The notes under the pieces: model-generated | Database searches by the model: none | Told to the model about the DNA's origin: nothing | Seen by the model: only the letters and a program-made list of their open reading frames with translations | Translations under genes and position numbers: made by a program | Assembly (NCBI GenBank): GCA_964606775.1 | Contig: CAZSGW010000003.1 | Coordinates: 13,335-77,334, forward strand | Direction: 5' to 3' | Source: Candidatus Woesearchaeota archaeon | Lineage (GTDB): Archaea; Nanobdellota; Nanobdellia; Pacearchaeales; GW2011-AR1 | DNA: 64,000 nt | Shown: positions 29,091 to 38,387 of the stretch, piece by piece | Layout of the letters: every line of letters begins with the position of its first letter | Numbering within the stretch: position 1 is the stretch's first letter

Positions 29091-29287
29091 CTCTTTTTTA
29101 ATGAAAACATATTTTTAAAGTTTAGTAAATAAAAGTTTAAATAACTCTTTTTGATTGAATTTTATGTCCGTTTTTAACAGGTTTTGGAAAAAGCAGGTTT
29201 AGAAAATCAATATAACAAATATTTGGAGTGATTTTCGTTTTATTTCTCTATAAGAATATTTATAAATAATATTTCACTTGATAATTT

Positions 29288-31291
29288 ATGAAAAGAGTTA
29301 TTTCAATTGTGTTCGTTTTAATGTTGCTTTCGTTGGTATCTGCAGAGATAATTATTAACGAGCAACCGAAAGAATTGTATAATTTGGGCGAGGGATTTTC
29401 TGTTCCTGTTACTATAAAAACAACGGAAGATGTTTCAGATATTTTTGATATGAATCTTATTTGTAATGGGCAAGAAATGAATTTTTATAAGAATGGGGTT
29501 TTTCTTTTAACTGGAGAGGAAAAGAAATTAGAGCCTTCATTAATTTTGACTACTGGTTTGATAGGAAATTTAAAAGGGACTTGTAAGGTAAAAGGAAGTC
29601 TTGGAGAGGACTATGTGTTGAGTGAGGATTTTGAAATTTCTGATGAAGTTATTGTGAGTGCTGAGTTGGGAGCAACCGAGATAAATCCTGGTGAGGAATT
29701 GGTTTTTGAAGGGAATGCAATTAGAAAGAGTGGCAAAGAACTTAATGGATTTTTAGATGTTGAAATTATAGAAAATAATTCGGTTTTACTTTCAAAGAAA
29801 TCTACGATAAATAAAGGATACTTCTCCGAGAAGATTCTAATTCCCGAAGATTTTGAATCACAGAAATATTTGTTGAAGTTGGTTGCTTACGAGGTTGATT
29901 CTTCTGACGAAGTAACTAATAGTGGTTTTGCAAGCTTCAACATTTTTGTAAAACAAGAACCCACTAGTTTAGAATTGGTTATGGAAGAAGAAATTGAGCC
30001 TGGAACTAATTTGAATATTAGGCCTATTTTACATGATCAGACAGGGAAGAATATTGAGAAACAAATTAAATTGACAGTAAAAAATAATTATGATGAAATT
30101 GTAGTTCAAACATCTGTTCCTACAGATGAAGTATTTAACCAAAGCATAAAATATAATGAGCCTTCTGCGGAATGGGATGTTATTGCAGAGTTTCAATCTT
30201 TAAAAGAAGAAAAACAATTTAGAATAGTTCAAAAACAAGATATTGGTATCTCCATTGTTAATGATACTATTTTGATAAAAAACACAGGTAATATTCCTTA
30301 TAATAAATCTGTCTCTGTAAAGATTGGGGAAGAAGATGTTCCGATAGAAGTTTATTTAGAAGTAGATGAAACTAAGGAGTATCAGTTGAAGGCTCCGGAT
30401 GGAACTTATAAAATTGAGGTTCAGGGAGAGGATAAATCAATAACCGCGAGTAGTTTTTTAACGGGAAGGGCGATAGATGTTAGGGAACCTAGAAAGGGAT
30501 TTATAAGACATACTCTCGCTTGGTTTTTTATAATTCTTGTTTTAGGAATGGCAACTTTTATGTTATTTAGGAAGAGTAGGAAACGTACTTTTTTTGGATA
30601 TATGCCAAGTTTCAAAAAAAAGAAACCTTCAACAGAAAAAATGAATTTGGTTCCGGTAAAGAAAGACGCTCTACTTAAAACAAGACATCATGCTGAGTCT
30701 TCGCTCTCAATAAAAGGAGATAAACAAACAACTTCTCTTGTTTGTCTTAAAATAAAAAATCTGAAAGAGATAGAATCTAAGAAGAGTGGTTCGGAAGAGA
30801 CATTACAAAAGGTAGTTGATTATGCTGAAAAGAAAAAGGCATACATATATCAGAATGGAGAGAACATCTTTTTTATTTTGGCTCCTACAATAACTAAAAC
30901 ATTCAAGAATGAGCCAACTGCTTTGGAAATTGCAAAACATTTGGAAGATACATTAAAGCATCATAATAAATTTTTCAAACAGAAATTAGAATTTGGAATT
31001 TCATTAAACAATGGGAGCATGGTTGTTAAGAAAGAAGATAATGTATTGAAATTTATGAGCATGGGAACAACTACAACTATGGCTAAAAAATTGGCGAACA
31101 AGGCTTCATCTGGAATACTATTAACTGAAGGTGTGAAAGATAAACTAAGATCAAATGTTAAGGAAGAAAAAGTAGATGAAGGTATTTATAGAATTAAGGA
31201 ATATAAAGAAAATAAAGAAGAGAGCAAAAAGTTTATAGAAAATTTTGTTAGGAGACAAAAAGAGGAACATAAAGAGAAATCAAAGAAATAG
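29288..31291 (+). CDS. large surface protein with single TM and cytoplasmic degenerate cyclase-homology domain
   Basis: 667 aa. Signal peptide, ~400-aa extracellular region, TM helix (WFFIILVLGMATFMLF), then a C-terminal segment aligning by eye to class III nucleotidyl cyclase domains (FGISLNNGSMVV...MGTTTTMAKKLANKASSGILLTE) but lacking the metal-binding Asp residues. Confidence 0.55.
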   Translation: MKRVISIVFVLMLLSLVSAEIIINEQPKELYNLGEGFSVPVTIKTTEDVSDIFDMNLICNGQEMNFYKNGVFLLTGEEKKLEPSLILTTGLIGNLKGTCKVKGSLGEDYVLSEDFEISDEVIVSAELGATEINPGEELVFEGNAIRKSGKELNGFLDVEIIENNSVLLSKKSTINKGYFSEKILIPEDFESQKYLLKLVAYEVDSSDEVTNSGFASFNIFVKQEPTSLELVMEEEIEPGTNLNIRPILHDQTGKNIEKQIKLTVKNNYDEIVVQTSVPTDEVFNQSIKYNEPSAEWDVIAEFQSLKEEKQFRIVQKQDIGISIVNDTILIKNTGNIPYNKSVSVKIGEEDVPIEVYLEVDETKEYQLKAPDGTYKIEVQGEDKSITASSFLTGRAIDVREPRKGFIRHTLAWFFIILVLGMATFMLFRKSRKRTFFGYMPSFKKKKPSTEKMNLVPVKKDALLKTRHHAESSLSIKGDKQTTSLVCLKIKNLKEIESKKSGSEETLQKVVDYAEKKKAYIYQNGENIFFILAPTITKTFKNEPTALEIAKHLEDTLKHHNKFFKQKLEFGISLNNGSMVVKKEDNVLKFMSMGTTTTMAKKLANKASSGILLTEGVKDKLRSNVKEEKVDEGIYRIKEYKENKEESKKFIENFVRRQKEEHKEKSKK

Positions 31292-31801
31292 TTCAAGATA
31301 ACTTTTAACAATAGAATGTTTTAATTCTGGGTGTTCTTTTTCGAGTTTGTTTATGAAAGAGACTATTTTGTTTTCATCAATTTTTGGTTTGGTATGTTTT
31401 AATCCTTTTAATTTTGCGTATAGTAAAACTTCTTTATCTAAAAATAAATAAAGCGGGCGAATAGTTTTTCTTTCTTTTGGAAGTTTTTTCAGTTTTGATA
31501 AATCTCCTTTGAAAACCTTTTGGGATATTTCGTAAGAAATTGAGTCACTTGTATCAGGAATTGCTTTTTTGTCATATTTTCCCGATGTTATTAGTTCTAT
31601 TGGAGATTTTTCTGCAAACATTTTTAATAAATCTTTTAACACAACATTTCTAAAATTTTTTTTGTCTTCATAGAATATTTTATCTCCTTTATTGACTAAA
31701 TTAAATTTTCTGATGGTATAGAGGAACTTTTTTTGGAACCATCTAAGAAATTCTCTTTTCGTTACTTTTCTCCCATTTGTGAAAGTATATACATGTTTCA
31801 T
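31280..31801 (-). CDS. degenerate TtuA/Ncs6-like protein lacking PP-loop
   Basis: 173 aa. Contains the RPLYLFLDKEVLLYAKL motif (RPLxxxxExEIxxYA of the TtuA/Ncs6/TtcA family), but FYEDKK stands where SGGKDS is expected. Confidence 0.4.
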   Translation of the reverse strand: MKHVYTFTNGRKVTKREFLRWFQKKFLYTIRKFNLVNKGDKIFYEDKKNFRNVVLKDLLKMFAEKSPIELITSGKYDKKAIPDTSDSISYEISQKVFKGDLSKLKKLPKERKTIRPLYLFLDKEVLLYAKLKGLKHTKPKIDENKIVSFINKLEKEHPELKHSIVKSYLELFL

Positions 31802-32655
31802 AATTTAAACTCCTCGAATTTTTTTCTGTCTTCTAAAGAGGCTTTTTTAGAGTATGCATAGATTAGTTCTTCAATTAACCCTCGAGTGTCTTTGTCGCAT
31901 TTATCTAATATTAAGGCGGTTGGACCAATAAATTCGGGTTCAATTAATTCTCCGATTCCTATTTCTTTTAGGAACTTATTTTCTTCTTTGTTTTTTCCTA
32001 GGACAACCCAACATCCATTAATTAGAAAATGTCTTCCAGAATTAGTTAATAAAGTTTCTTTGTTGTTTAATCCTCTTTGGAATAATTTTTTGAACCTCTC
32101 TTTAAGAAGTTTCTCACAAAGCAGACAACCTCCTGCGGGCGAAGGGTATTTGATTCCAAGTTTCTTTGCTAATGAAATTTGTTCTTTTCTTTGTCTTCCA
32201 GAAATTCCTAATTCTATTAATGGCCGAATTATTCTGTCTTTTAATTTGGTTTCTTTCTCAATCAATTCTATTTGTTTCTTTTTCTGAGACATTGGTCTTT
32301 GTCCGGTAACTTCTCCAGAAACAATGTATTTTATTTTCTTAGAATCTGCAAACTTCTTTGCTTTCTTAAACATAAAAATCTTACAATCAATACAGGGATT
32401 AAACCCTGCTCCTCTTCCATGTTTACCCTCTTTTATAATTTTTAAATAATTTTTAAATAATTTTCCTTTGGTGCAATCAAAAACTTTCAAATTAATTTTC
32501 TCTTTCTTAACAAACTCCTCGGCTTCAGAAAGACAGCTACAACTGAAAGGTAATTTGAAATATGTGGCTATGACTTTGAATCCTTTTTCTTGCATTAATT
32601 TTATTGCTAAACGAGAATCTAGCCCTCCTGAAAACAATACGACACATTTTTCCAT
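31798..32655 (-). CDS. PP-loop ATPase, MnmA-like tRNA 2-thiouridylase catalytic domain
   Basis: 285 aa. N-terminal VVLFSGGLDS PP-loop, GFNPCIDCKIFMF (cf. MnmA TPNPDILCNKEIKF), and RPLIELGISGRQRKEQISLAKKLGI...GGCLLC (cf. MnmA PVGELEKPQVRKIAEDLGL...GICF). Overlaps the downstream gene by 4 bp. Confidence 0.55.
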   Translation of the reverse strand: MEKCVVLFSGGLDSRLAIKLMQEKGFKVIATYFKLPFSCSCLSEAEEFVKKEKINLKVFDCTKGKLFKNYLKIIKEGKHGRGAGFNPCIDCKIFMFKKAKKFADSKKIKYIVSGEVTGQRPMSQKKKQIELIEKETKLKDRIIRPLIELGISGRQRKEQISLAKKLGIKYPSPAGGCLLCEKLLKERFKKLFQRGLNNKETLLTNSGRHFLINGCWVVLGKNKEENKFLKEIGIGELIEPEFIGPTALILDKCDKDTRGLIEELIYAYSKKASLEDRKKFEEFKL

Positions 32656-32810
32656 GAAACTGTAAGCAAAAATGATATTATAAATTATTTGCCTTATTAA
32701 ATTCGGATTCAGTATAGCCAGCTTCTAAAATAGTTGTTTTTAGATTTTTAATATCATATCCTTTTGATTGGAATAATTATAATTGTTAAAAGAACAATGA
32801 AAAACCCCTT

Positions 32811-33620
32811 TTAATTATCCTCTTTTTTAGAAACCTTCTCAACAACTTTGTTTATTTTAAATCCAATCTTAAAAACTTTTAATAAGATTCCCCCTGCGAT
32901 TAAGATTAAACTGATTATGAACATTGTTAAAAATACTGAATTTGCAGATGAAAAAAATACAGAAACAATATTTGAGATGGAATCTTTGGTTAGAGCGTTT
33001 GATGCTGAACTTACGGGGTTCATTACAGCCTTAATGATTGCTGTCCCGATGCTGTCCAAACCGGAAACAATTAAGGAGACGACGAGTAATATTGCCCCCG
33101 CAATTATTGGTAAATTGTTTTTCCTTGAATATAGAAAAAACAGACCTGTAACTAATAAAATTGAAATAAGTAGAGAAGTGTAGTACTTAGATTTCCAAAA
33201 GTTTTTGGAATGTTCTGAAATTAGGAATAAAGGATTTTGTTCTTGTTTAAAACATTTCCAGAATTTACATGAATATTCTTTGTAATAGTACTCTTCGATT
33301 TTTGAATTGAGAGTATATTCAATTATTGCATCCGAGCCCTTGCTTGCGGTTTCACAAGGTATTACTAATGTTTCTCCTTCTGAATTGAATATAAAATCTG
33401 AATTATTTTGGCAGTAAATTTCTATTTCTTCAGAGTTTTCGTCTATGGCAGATAAATCATTTTCTTCTCCAACCATATCTAGAATTAAATTTGAGGCATG
33501 GGGTTTTACATTTTCTAATTTTAATGAACTATTTAATGTTCCAAAGATTCCTACGGATAATAAAGATAAAAATAATAAAACACTCAATATTACTACAAAA
33601 AACCCTTTTATTACACCCAT
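32811..33620 (-). CDS. secreted/membrane protein (hypothetical)
   Basis: 269 aa. N-terminal signal/TM helix, Cys-containing extracellular region, three C-terminal TM helices. Confidence 0.4.
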   Translation of the reverse strand: MGVIKGFFVVILSVLLFLSLLSVGIFGTLNSSLKLENVKPHASNLILDMVGEENDLSAIDENSEEIEIYCQNNSDFIFNSEGETLVIPCETASKGSDAIIEYTLNSKIEEYYYKEYSCKFWKCFKQEQNPLFLISEHSKNFWKSKYYTSLLISILLVTGLFFLYSRKNNLPIIAGAILLVVSLIVSGLDSIGTAIIKAVMNPVSSASNALTKDSISNIVSVFFSSANSVFLTMFIISLILIAGGILLKVFKIGFKINKVVEKVSKKEDN

Positions 33621-33660
33621 TTTAATTTAATATGAAAATAAGTTTATAAATTTATTTTAA

Positions 33661-34551
33661 TCACATTCTTTTCAAAACTTCAATTCTTTTTTCTAAAGGA
33701 GGATGAGTACTCCCCAAATTTTTGAAGGGGTTTGTGAAGAATAAGGGTGCAACTGCTTTACTTATTTTCTTTTGTGTTTTGTTCTCTGGTTTTTGATAGT
33801 CGTCTCTTATTTTTTCTAAAGCGCTGATTAGTGCTTCTGGGTATCTTGTGAATTTTACTGCTGTTGCGTCTGCAGAGTATTCTCTCTTTCTTGATATTGA
33901 TTTTTGGACTAAGTAAACAGCGATTGGTGCAAGTATTGCCAGAGCTATTCCAATTACCATGAAAATTATTTGTGATTTGTCCCTATCTCTTCCTCCAGAA
34001 AACCATAGGCTTCTTAGGAAGATTTCTGAGATTATTGCAACCATTCCTACCATTACTGCTATGAGAGTTATGAATCTGATGTCGTAATTTCCGACATGTC
34101 CTAATTCGTGTGCAAGAACCGCTTCAAGTTCTCTTCTAGTTAGTTTGTCTAGTGCTCCTTGAGTTACACATATAACGGCGTGTTTTGGGTCTCTTCCTGA
34201 AGCGAATGCGTTAATTTGATTCGATGGCATAACATATAATCTTGGTTTTGGAAGTCCTGATGCTAAAGTAAGTCCTTCTATAATGTTGTGGTAGTCTTTG
34301 TACTCTGATTGTTTGGCTTCTTTTGCGTTCACTGATTTTATCGCTATTTTGTCTGAATTGTAGTAACTTATTACAACATAAAGTATCGAGAAAATTATTG
34401 CAATTATCATTATGATGAAGAAATACTCAGGGGAGAAAGCCATTGAAATTACGTAACCTAATGCTACTAAGAATATAGAGATTGTTAACATCAAGAAGAA
34501 GGATTTTCTTTTGTTTTTTGCTATTTGGTCTCGGAAGTCTATTCTGTTCAT
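33661..34551 (-). CDS. htpX: HtpX-like M48 zinc metalloprotease
   Basis: 296 aa. HELGHVGNYD (HExxH) with flanking TM helices and an M48 architecture. Confidence 0.85.
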   Translation of the reverse strand: MNRIDFRDQIAKNKRKSFFLMLTISIFLVALGYVISMAFSPEYFFIIMIIAIIFSILYVVISYYNSDKIAIKSVNAKEAKQSEYKDYHNIIEGLTLASGLPKPRLYVMPSNQINAFASGRDPKHAVICVTQGALDKLTRRELEAVLAHELGHVGNYDIRFITLIAVMVGMVAIISEIFLRSLWFSGGRDRDKSQIIFMVIGIALAILAPIAVYLVQKSISRKREYSADATAVKFTRYPEALISALEKIRDDYQKPENKTQKKISKAVAPLFFTNPFKNLGSTHPPLEKRIEVLKRM

Positions 34552-34949
34552 GATAATTTATTTTCAACATATTTTATTAATTTATCTAAAATTGTCTGTA
34601 ATTGTTTTTGGTTGTTTTCTAAAAACATTTGGTTTATTTTTTCTCCGTAGTATAAGGTCCCATTTCTTAGTTTTCTTAGATTGTCTATTTGTTTTATTTC
34701 TGTTTCTGAAAATAAAGAGTGTTCTTTTCCTAACCATTCAATCATTTTTATGTGGCTCAGAGTCTTGATGCCCCTTGAATACATTAAAGATACAATTAGT
34801 TCTTTTATAGATTCATAATATTCTTCAACTATTTTGTAAACTTTTTCCTTGGGATATATTTTTATTAATTCTGCTCGGTCTTTTGCTAGTTCAAAAATGC
34901 TTTTTGCTCTTTCAGTGTCCTTTCTAATTTTGAATATGTCTTCACTCAT
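34548..34949 (-). CDS. HEPN-domain protein, partner of the upstream nucleotidyltransferase
   Basis: 133 aa, all-alpha, with LRKLRNGTLYYG in the position of the HEPN Rx4-6H motif (His replaced by Tyr). Overlaps the MNT gene by 4 bp. Confidence 0.5.
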   Translation of the reverse strand: MSEDIFKIRKDTERAKSIFELAKDRAELIKIYPKEKVYKIVEEYYESIKELIVSLMYSRGIKTLSHIKMIEWLGKEHSLFSETEIKQIDNLRKLRNGTLYYGEKINQMFLENNQKQLQTILDKLIKYVENKLS

Positions 34950-35467
34950 AGTAAATCAAAGCCTCCACAAATAACGAATCCGTTTTTTACTTTGTTTAGT
35001 ATTGGTTTGTCAAGCTTATTAATGTTGTCTAGTTGCATGGGATTTATCTCTCTTTTTAGTTCTTTTTCGAATTCTTTTAATTTAATTTCTTGTTTTGATT
35101 TTGAGATAATTAGTAAATCGATGTCTGAATTTTCGATGTCTTCTCCTAGCGAATAAGAGCCAAATACCAGCGCGAGATTTGGAGAGTGGTTTTTTTCTAA
35201 GTGTTTTTTTATTTTTTTTATGGAGTATAAATTGTAAATTCTTTTGTAAAAAATGAAGTCTTCGTTTTCTCTGTTTGCAACAAATCCGTTGAAGGGTTTT
35301 GATTCTTTTTTTAAGATAAGTCCTTGTTCAAGAAATTCATTTAAGTATTTTTTTACGGATGTTGGGGCGAGGTTTATTTTTTTGCTTATTTCTCGGATGA
35401 AATGGATTGTGGTTGGCTCTAAGAAGAATACTTTTAGAACTTCTATATTGCTACATTTTTGTACCAT
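34946..35467 (-). CDS. minimal nucleotidyltransferase with N-terminal wHTH
   Basis: 173 aa. The LVFGSYSLGEDIENSDIDLLII motif is the GSx10DxD signature of pol-beta superfamily minimal NTases. Confidence 0.7.
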   Translation of the reverse strand: MVQKCSNIEVLKVFFLEPTTIHFIREISKKINLAPTSVKKYLNEFLEQGLILKKESKPFNGFVANRENEDFIFYKRIYNLYSIKKIKKHLEKNHSPNLALVFGSYSLGEDIENSDIDLLIISKSKQEIKLKEFEKELKREINPMQLDNINKLDKPILNKVKNGFVICGGFDLL

Positions 35468-35610
35468 ATGTAATAAATATGTTTATATTGGTATATAAAT
35501 GTTTTCTTTGTTTTTAAGACTTACCAAAACTCTTAAATATGCTCATTTATCCCCTAAAATAACTTATTCTTTTTTTGAGGTTGGCAAGGTGATGTATTTG
35601 GAAAACTAAA

Positions 35611-38247
35611 ATGACAAAAGTAAAAATTGCTAAGCAGTATACGAAAAAGCAAATAGAGAAAAACTTGCACCCACTTATTCGGGAATGGTTTTTTTCGAAG
35701 TTTGAGGATTTTTCTCCTGCGCAGAAGTTTGGAGTTGTAAATGTTCATGAGAGAAGAAATACTTTGATTTCTGCTCCTACTGGAGGAGGTAAAACTTTGA
35801 CTTCTTTTTTATCTATCTTGAATAATTTGGTTGAATTGGCAGAGAAGAAAAAGTTAGAGAAAAAAGTTTATGCAATTTATACTTCTCCTTTGAAAGCGTT
35901 GAGTAATGATATTCATAAGAATTTGATTGAACCTCTTGAAGAGATTAATGAGTTGGCGAAATCTAAGGGAGTTGATTTACAGGAAATTAAGGTTGGTTTG
36001 AGGACAGGAGATACTACGCCTGCTGAAAGAGCTAAGATGGCTCGGAATCCTCCTCATATTTATATTACAACTCCAGAGTCTTTGGCAATTTCTTTGACAA
36101 CGAAAAAATTTATTGAAGCTTTTTCAGATGTAGAGTATTGTATTTTGGATGAGATTCATTCTTTGGGTAATAAGAGGGGGACTTATTTGAGCTTGAGTTT
36201 AGAAAGATTAAATGACATTTCAAAATCATGGCCAGTTAAGATTGGTCTTTCAGCCACGGTTGAACCTTTAGAAGAAGTTGCAAAATTTTTGGTTGGTATT
36301 GATAAGAATCGGGAAGTTGAGATTGCGAAAGTTCCTTCAAATAAAAAATTGGATATTGATGTTCTTAGTCCAGTTAAAGATTTAATTGATCATAAAAATC
36401 CTTATTTGGAAATTTATCCTCTTATGAATGATTTGGTTAAAGAACATAAGACAACTTTGGTTTTTACAAATACTCGTGCAGCTACAGAGAGGGTTGTTAA
36501 TTATTTGAAAGACAAGTATCCGACTGAATATGGCGACCATAATATTGCGGCTCATCATTCTTCTTTGAGTAAGGATTTAAGATTTAAGATTGAGGAAGAA
36601 TTGAGGAATGGAAAATTGAAAGTTGTTGTTTGTTCTACTTCATTAGAGTTGGGAATTGATATTGGTTTTATTGATTTAGTTATTTTATTAGGAAGTCCTA
36701 AAGCTAGTTCAAGAGCATTACAGAGAATTGGTCGAGCCGGGCACAAGTTGCACGAAATTGCTAAGGGAAGATTTATTATTTTGGATAGGGATGATTTGGT
36801 TGAGTCTGCTGTGATTCAAAAAGAGATGGTTGGAGGTAAGATTGATAAGATTCAGTTTCCGATGAATGCTTTGGATGTTTTGTCCCAGCAAATTTATGGG
36901 ATGGCTATTAATCAGATTTGGAATCTTGATGAAATTTTGAAAGTTATTAGGAAGAGTTATTGTTTTGCAAATTTGAGTAAGTCGGATTTTTTATCTGTTA
37001 TTAGTTATTTGTCTGGAGAGTATGGGCTTGAGAAGAATTGGGTTTATGGTAAAATTTGGTATGATGCCGAGGAGAACACTATTGGTAAGCGAGGGAAGAT
37101 GGCAAGGGTTCTTTATATGACAAATATAGGAACTATTCCTGAGGAGTCTTTTGTGACCGTTAAACTTGCTGGAGGTTCTGGAGAGAAAGTTGGAGTTGTT
37201 GATGAATCTTTTGTTGGGAAAATGAAGAAAGGAGATGTTTTTGTTTTGGGAGGAAGTAAATATTGTTATCAGTATACAAAAGGAATGAATTTATATGTTC
37301 GTCCTGAACTTTCTCGGAGTCCGACTATTCCTTCGTGGTTTTCTGAGATGTTGCCTTTGAGTTTTGATTCTGCTTTGGAAATTTCTAAGTTTAGGAAAGT
37401 TGTTAAGAAACTTTTTGATGGAGGCGAAGGTAAGAGAAAGATTGTTTCAGAGATTAAGAAATATTGTCATGTTAAAAATCAAGTTGCTCAGCAGATTTAT
37501 GATTATTTTTATCAGCAGTATCATTTTGCAGATTTCCCTGATTCAGATACAATTACAATTGAGAAGTATGTTGATGAAAGAGATAATAAGAAATATATTT
37601 TAGTTAATTCTATGTATGGTCGGAGGGTTAATGATGCTCTGTCTCGGGCTTTGGCTTATTTGATTGGTAAGGAAGGTCATCGTGATTTGGAGATTGGGAT
37701 TTCGGACCGAGGGTTTTATATTTCTTCGGAGAACTTGGATATTGAGAAAGCGTTTGAAGAGTTGGCTCCTGAAAATTTGGAAGAGATTTTGAAAGAGGCA
37801 ATTGAGAAGACAGATATTTTGACTCGGAGATTTAGACATTGTGCTACCCGGGGTTTGATGATTTTGAGAAATTATAAAGGTGATAGGAAGAGTGTCCGGA
37901 AGCAACAGATGAAGAGTCATTTTTTGATTGCTGCGGTTAAGAAAATTTCTAAAGAGTTTCCTATTTTGAAAGAGGCTAAGCGTGAGGTTTTGGAGGATTT
38001 GATGGATATTGGAAATGCTAGAAAAGTTTTAGATTGGATTAAGAAAAGGAAGATTAAATTGGAAGTTAATTATGTGAAAGTTCCTTCGCCTTTTGCTTTG
38101 AATATTTTGTTACAGGGGCATTTGGATTTGATGAAGATGGAAGATAAGCAGGAGTTTTTAAAGAGAATGCATAAAGTTTACATGGATGAAATTTCTAATA
38201 AGGGAAAAGAAGTTTATCATGACCACCAAGATTTAGAGTATTGGTGA
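35611..38247 (+). CDS. lhr: Lhr-family ATP-dependent helicase (superfamily 2)
   Basis: 878 aa. Motif I APTGGGKTLT, motif II DEIHSL, helicase C domain, and a long Lhr-type C-terminal extension. Confidence 0.85.
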   Translation: MTKVKIAKQYTKKQIEKNLHPLIREWFFSKFEDFSPAQKFGVVNVHERRNTLISAPTGGGKTLTSFLSILNNLVELAEKKKLEKKVYAIYTSPLKALSNDIHKNLIEPLEEINELAKSKGVDLQEIKVGLRTGDTTPAERAKMARNPPHIYITTPESLAISLTTKKFIEAFSDVEYCILDEIHSLGNKRGTYLSLSLERLNDISKSWPVKIGLSATVEPLEEVAKFLVGIDKNREVEIAKVPSNKKLDIDVLSPVKDLIDHKNPYLEIYPLMNDLVKEHKTTLVFTNTRAATERVVNYLKDKYPTEYGDHNIAAHHSSLSKDLRFKIEEELRNGKLKVVVCSTSLELGIDIGFIDLVILLGSPKASSRALQRIGRAGHKLHEIAKGRFIILDRDDLVESAVIQKEMVGGKIDKIQFPMNALDVLSQQIYGMAINQIWNLDEILKVIRKSYCFANLSKSDFLSVISYLSGEYGLEKNWVYGKIWYDAEENTIGKRGKMARVLYMTNIGTIPEESFVTVKLAGGSGEKVGVVDESFVGKMKKGDVFVLGGSKYCYQYTKGMNLYVRPELSRSPTIPSWFSEMLPLSFDSALEISKFRKVVKKLFDGGEGKRKIVSEIKKYCHVKNQVAQQIYDYFYQQYHFADFPDSDTITIEKYVDERDNKKYILVNSMYGRRVNDALSRALAYLIGKEGHRDLEIGISDRGFYISSENLDIEKAFEELAPENLEEILKEAIEKTDILTRRFRHCATRGLMILRNYKGDRKSVRKQQMKSHFLIAAVKKISKEFPILKEAKREVLEDLMDIGNARKVLDWIKKRKIKLEVNYVKVPSPFALNILLQGHLDLMKMEDKQEFLKRMHKVYMDEISNKGKEVYHDHQDLEYW

Positions 38248-38310
38248 AATCATAATATTTCTAAACTTCTCTTTAGAAACATTTTTATAATCTTGATATT
38301 TGAATATATT

Positions 38311-38387
38311 AGCAGTAATGCGGTTCGGCGTTTCATGTTTGTCATGGGACAATGTTCGTCACGGCTCTTAGAGCCCTGGTTACTGCT
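38311..38387 (+). other. GC-rich structured element (hairpin closed by 8-bp stem, followed by T7 run); terminator or small RNA
   Basis: AGCAGUAA...UUACUGCU closing stem enclosing ~61 nt. Inner hairpins include GGCUC-UUA-GAGCC. Local GC is far above the genome average. It lies between convergent lhr and the 38386 gene and is followed by ATTTTTTT. Confidence 0.3.

Noticed and set aside
38311-38387. Additional tRNA at the GC-rich element.
   Set aside because: The terminal 7-8 bp stem is acceptor-like, but the candidate T-arm has a 3-nt loop and no D-arm can be formed, so a cloverleaf does not fit.
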